The translations under genes and the position numbers were made by a program. A stretch of 64,000 nucleotides of DNA from Malacoraja senta (Eukaryota), in NCBI GenBank assembly GCA_038087875.1, contig JAXLNO010002010.1, positions 62,001 to 126,000 of the forward strand, read 5' to 3'. The stretch's first letter is position 1; each line of letters opens with the position of its first letter. The notes below the pieces were generated by a model. It was not told the DNA's origin. It did not search any database and saw nothing but the letters and a program-made list of their open reading frames with translations. Positions 62,668 to 64,000 of this stretch are shown here, one piece after another.

Positions 62668-63790
62668 GGGTTTGGGAACAACTCCATCCAAGACCGCAAG
62701 AAATTGCAGGGTATTGTGGAGGCAGCCCAGACCATCGCACAAGCCAACCTCCCTTCTATCGACTCCATTTACATTTCACGCTGCCTTGACAAGGCCAGCA
62801 GCGTAATCAAGGACAAGTCACACGCTGGCCACTCCCTCATCTCCCCTCTCCCATCACACACAGGTACAGAGTTGTGAAAACGCAGACCTCTATATTCAGG
62901 GACAGTTTCTTCCCAGCTGATATCAGCCAACTGAACCATCCTATCAACAACTAGAGAGCAGTCCTGAGCTACTATTTACCTCATTGGAGACCCTCAGACT
63001 ATCTTTAATCAGACTTTACTGGAATTATCTTGCACTAAACGTTATTCACTTTATCATGTATCTGTGCAGTGTGGATGGCTCATAGACACATAGAAAATAG
63101 GTGCAGGAGGAGGCCATTTGGCCCTTCGAGCCAGCGCCGCCATTCATTGTGATCATGGCTGATCATCCACAATCAGTAACCCGTGCCTGCCTTCTCCCCA
63201 TATCCCTCGATTTCGCTAGCCCTGAGAGCTCTATCGAACTCTCTTTTAAATTCATTCAGTGAATCGGCCTCTACAGAGAATTCTCTGGCTGAGAATTCCA
63301 CAGATTCACAACTCTCTGGATGAAAACGTTTTTTCTCATCTCAGTTTTAAATGGCCTCCCCTTTATTCTTAGACAGTGGCCCCTGGTTCTGGACTCCCCC
63401 AACATTGGGAACATTTTTCCTGCATCTAGCTTGTCCAGTCCTTTTATAATTTTATATATTTCTATAAGATCCCCTCTCAACCTAAATTCCAGTGAATACA
63501 AGCCCAGTCTTTCCAATCTTTCCTCATATGACAATCCTGCCATCTTTGGGATTAACCTCGTGAACCTACGCTGCACTGCCTCAATAGCAAGGATGTTCTT
63601 CCTCAAATTAGGAGACCAAAGCTGCACACAATACTCCAGGTGCGGTCTCACCAGGGCTCTGTACAACTGCAGAAGGACCTCTTTACTCCTATACTCAAAT
63701 CCTCGATTGTAATTGTTTTGTTTTACACTGACTGGTTAGCATGCAACAAAAACTTTTCACTGCACCTCAGTACACGTGACAGTAAACTAA
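62668..63790 (+). mobile_element. Rex1/Babar-like LINE 3' end, split by a CR1 insertion
   Basis: WFGNNSIQDRKKLQGIVEAAQTI..LPSIDSIYISRC..KASSVIKD.SH; the 3' UTR resumes at ~63704. Confidence 0.8.
63082..63703 (-). mobile_element. CR1 3' fragment
   Basis: YRALVRPHLEYCVQLWSP..QRRFTRLIP; inserted at GGCT|CGATT of the Rex1-like UTR. Confidence 0.92.
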
Positions 63791-64000
63791 ATTAAGAACA
63801 CAGCTTCTGGACACCAGATATATTTCCAGGGTTGAACACAATATCAGCTATTCAGTCATGACTGCCGTAGCACTGTAAATCACCCTCACATATCTCCCTC
63901 ATTTGGAGCGCAAGGTGGTACATAACTGGCATTGACTCCAGTTGATTACCATTGGGTACAGTTCCCACCTTCAAAGCAGCCATTGTGAAGGATTGCATTT

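Overview
Repeat-dominated eukaryotic DNA with no recognisable host protein-coding gene. The repeat content suggests an intronic or intergenic region of a cartilaginous fish, probably a skate or ray; this is inferred from the repeats, not shown directly. Almost every long ORF belongs to a transposable element. These include the 3' end of a Tc1 (DD34E) transposon, many 5'-truncated CR1 LINEs, and L1/Tx1, RTE, Rex1/Babar and old L2 fragments. There are also about 15 tRNA-derived V-SINEs, non-autonomous DNA transposons and MITEs, a non-autonomous Helitron, and about 25 Penelope-like (PLE) terminal-repeat fragments. Two catalytic-RNA signals stand out. (1) A ~140-nt element inserted antisense into a SINE (51371-51509) begins with a complete 54-nt HDV/CPEB3-like double-pseudoknot ribozyme, and the predicted cleavage site coincides with its 5' end; this looks like a ribozyme-headed mini-retroposon. 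(2) The PLE repeats carry minimal hammerhead motifs (CTGAAGA-stem-GAAACGTC), often as fold-back pairs with target-site duplications (TSDs). Also present are fold-back duplications that copied flanking DNA, a CpG/NRF1/YY1/RFX promoter-like patch, CTCF and RFX motifs, a few weak exon candidates and two assembly gaps. Repeat boundaries are approximate unless a TSD or terminal inverted repeat (TIR) is quoted.
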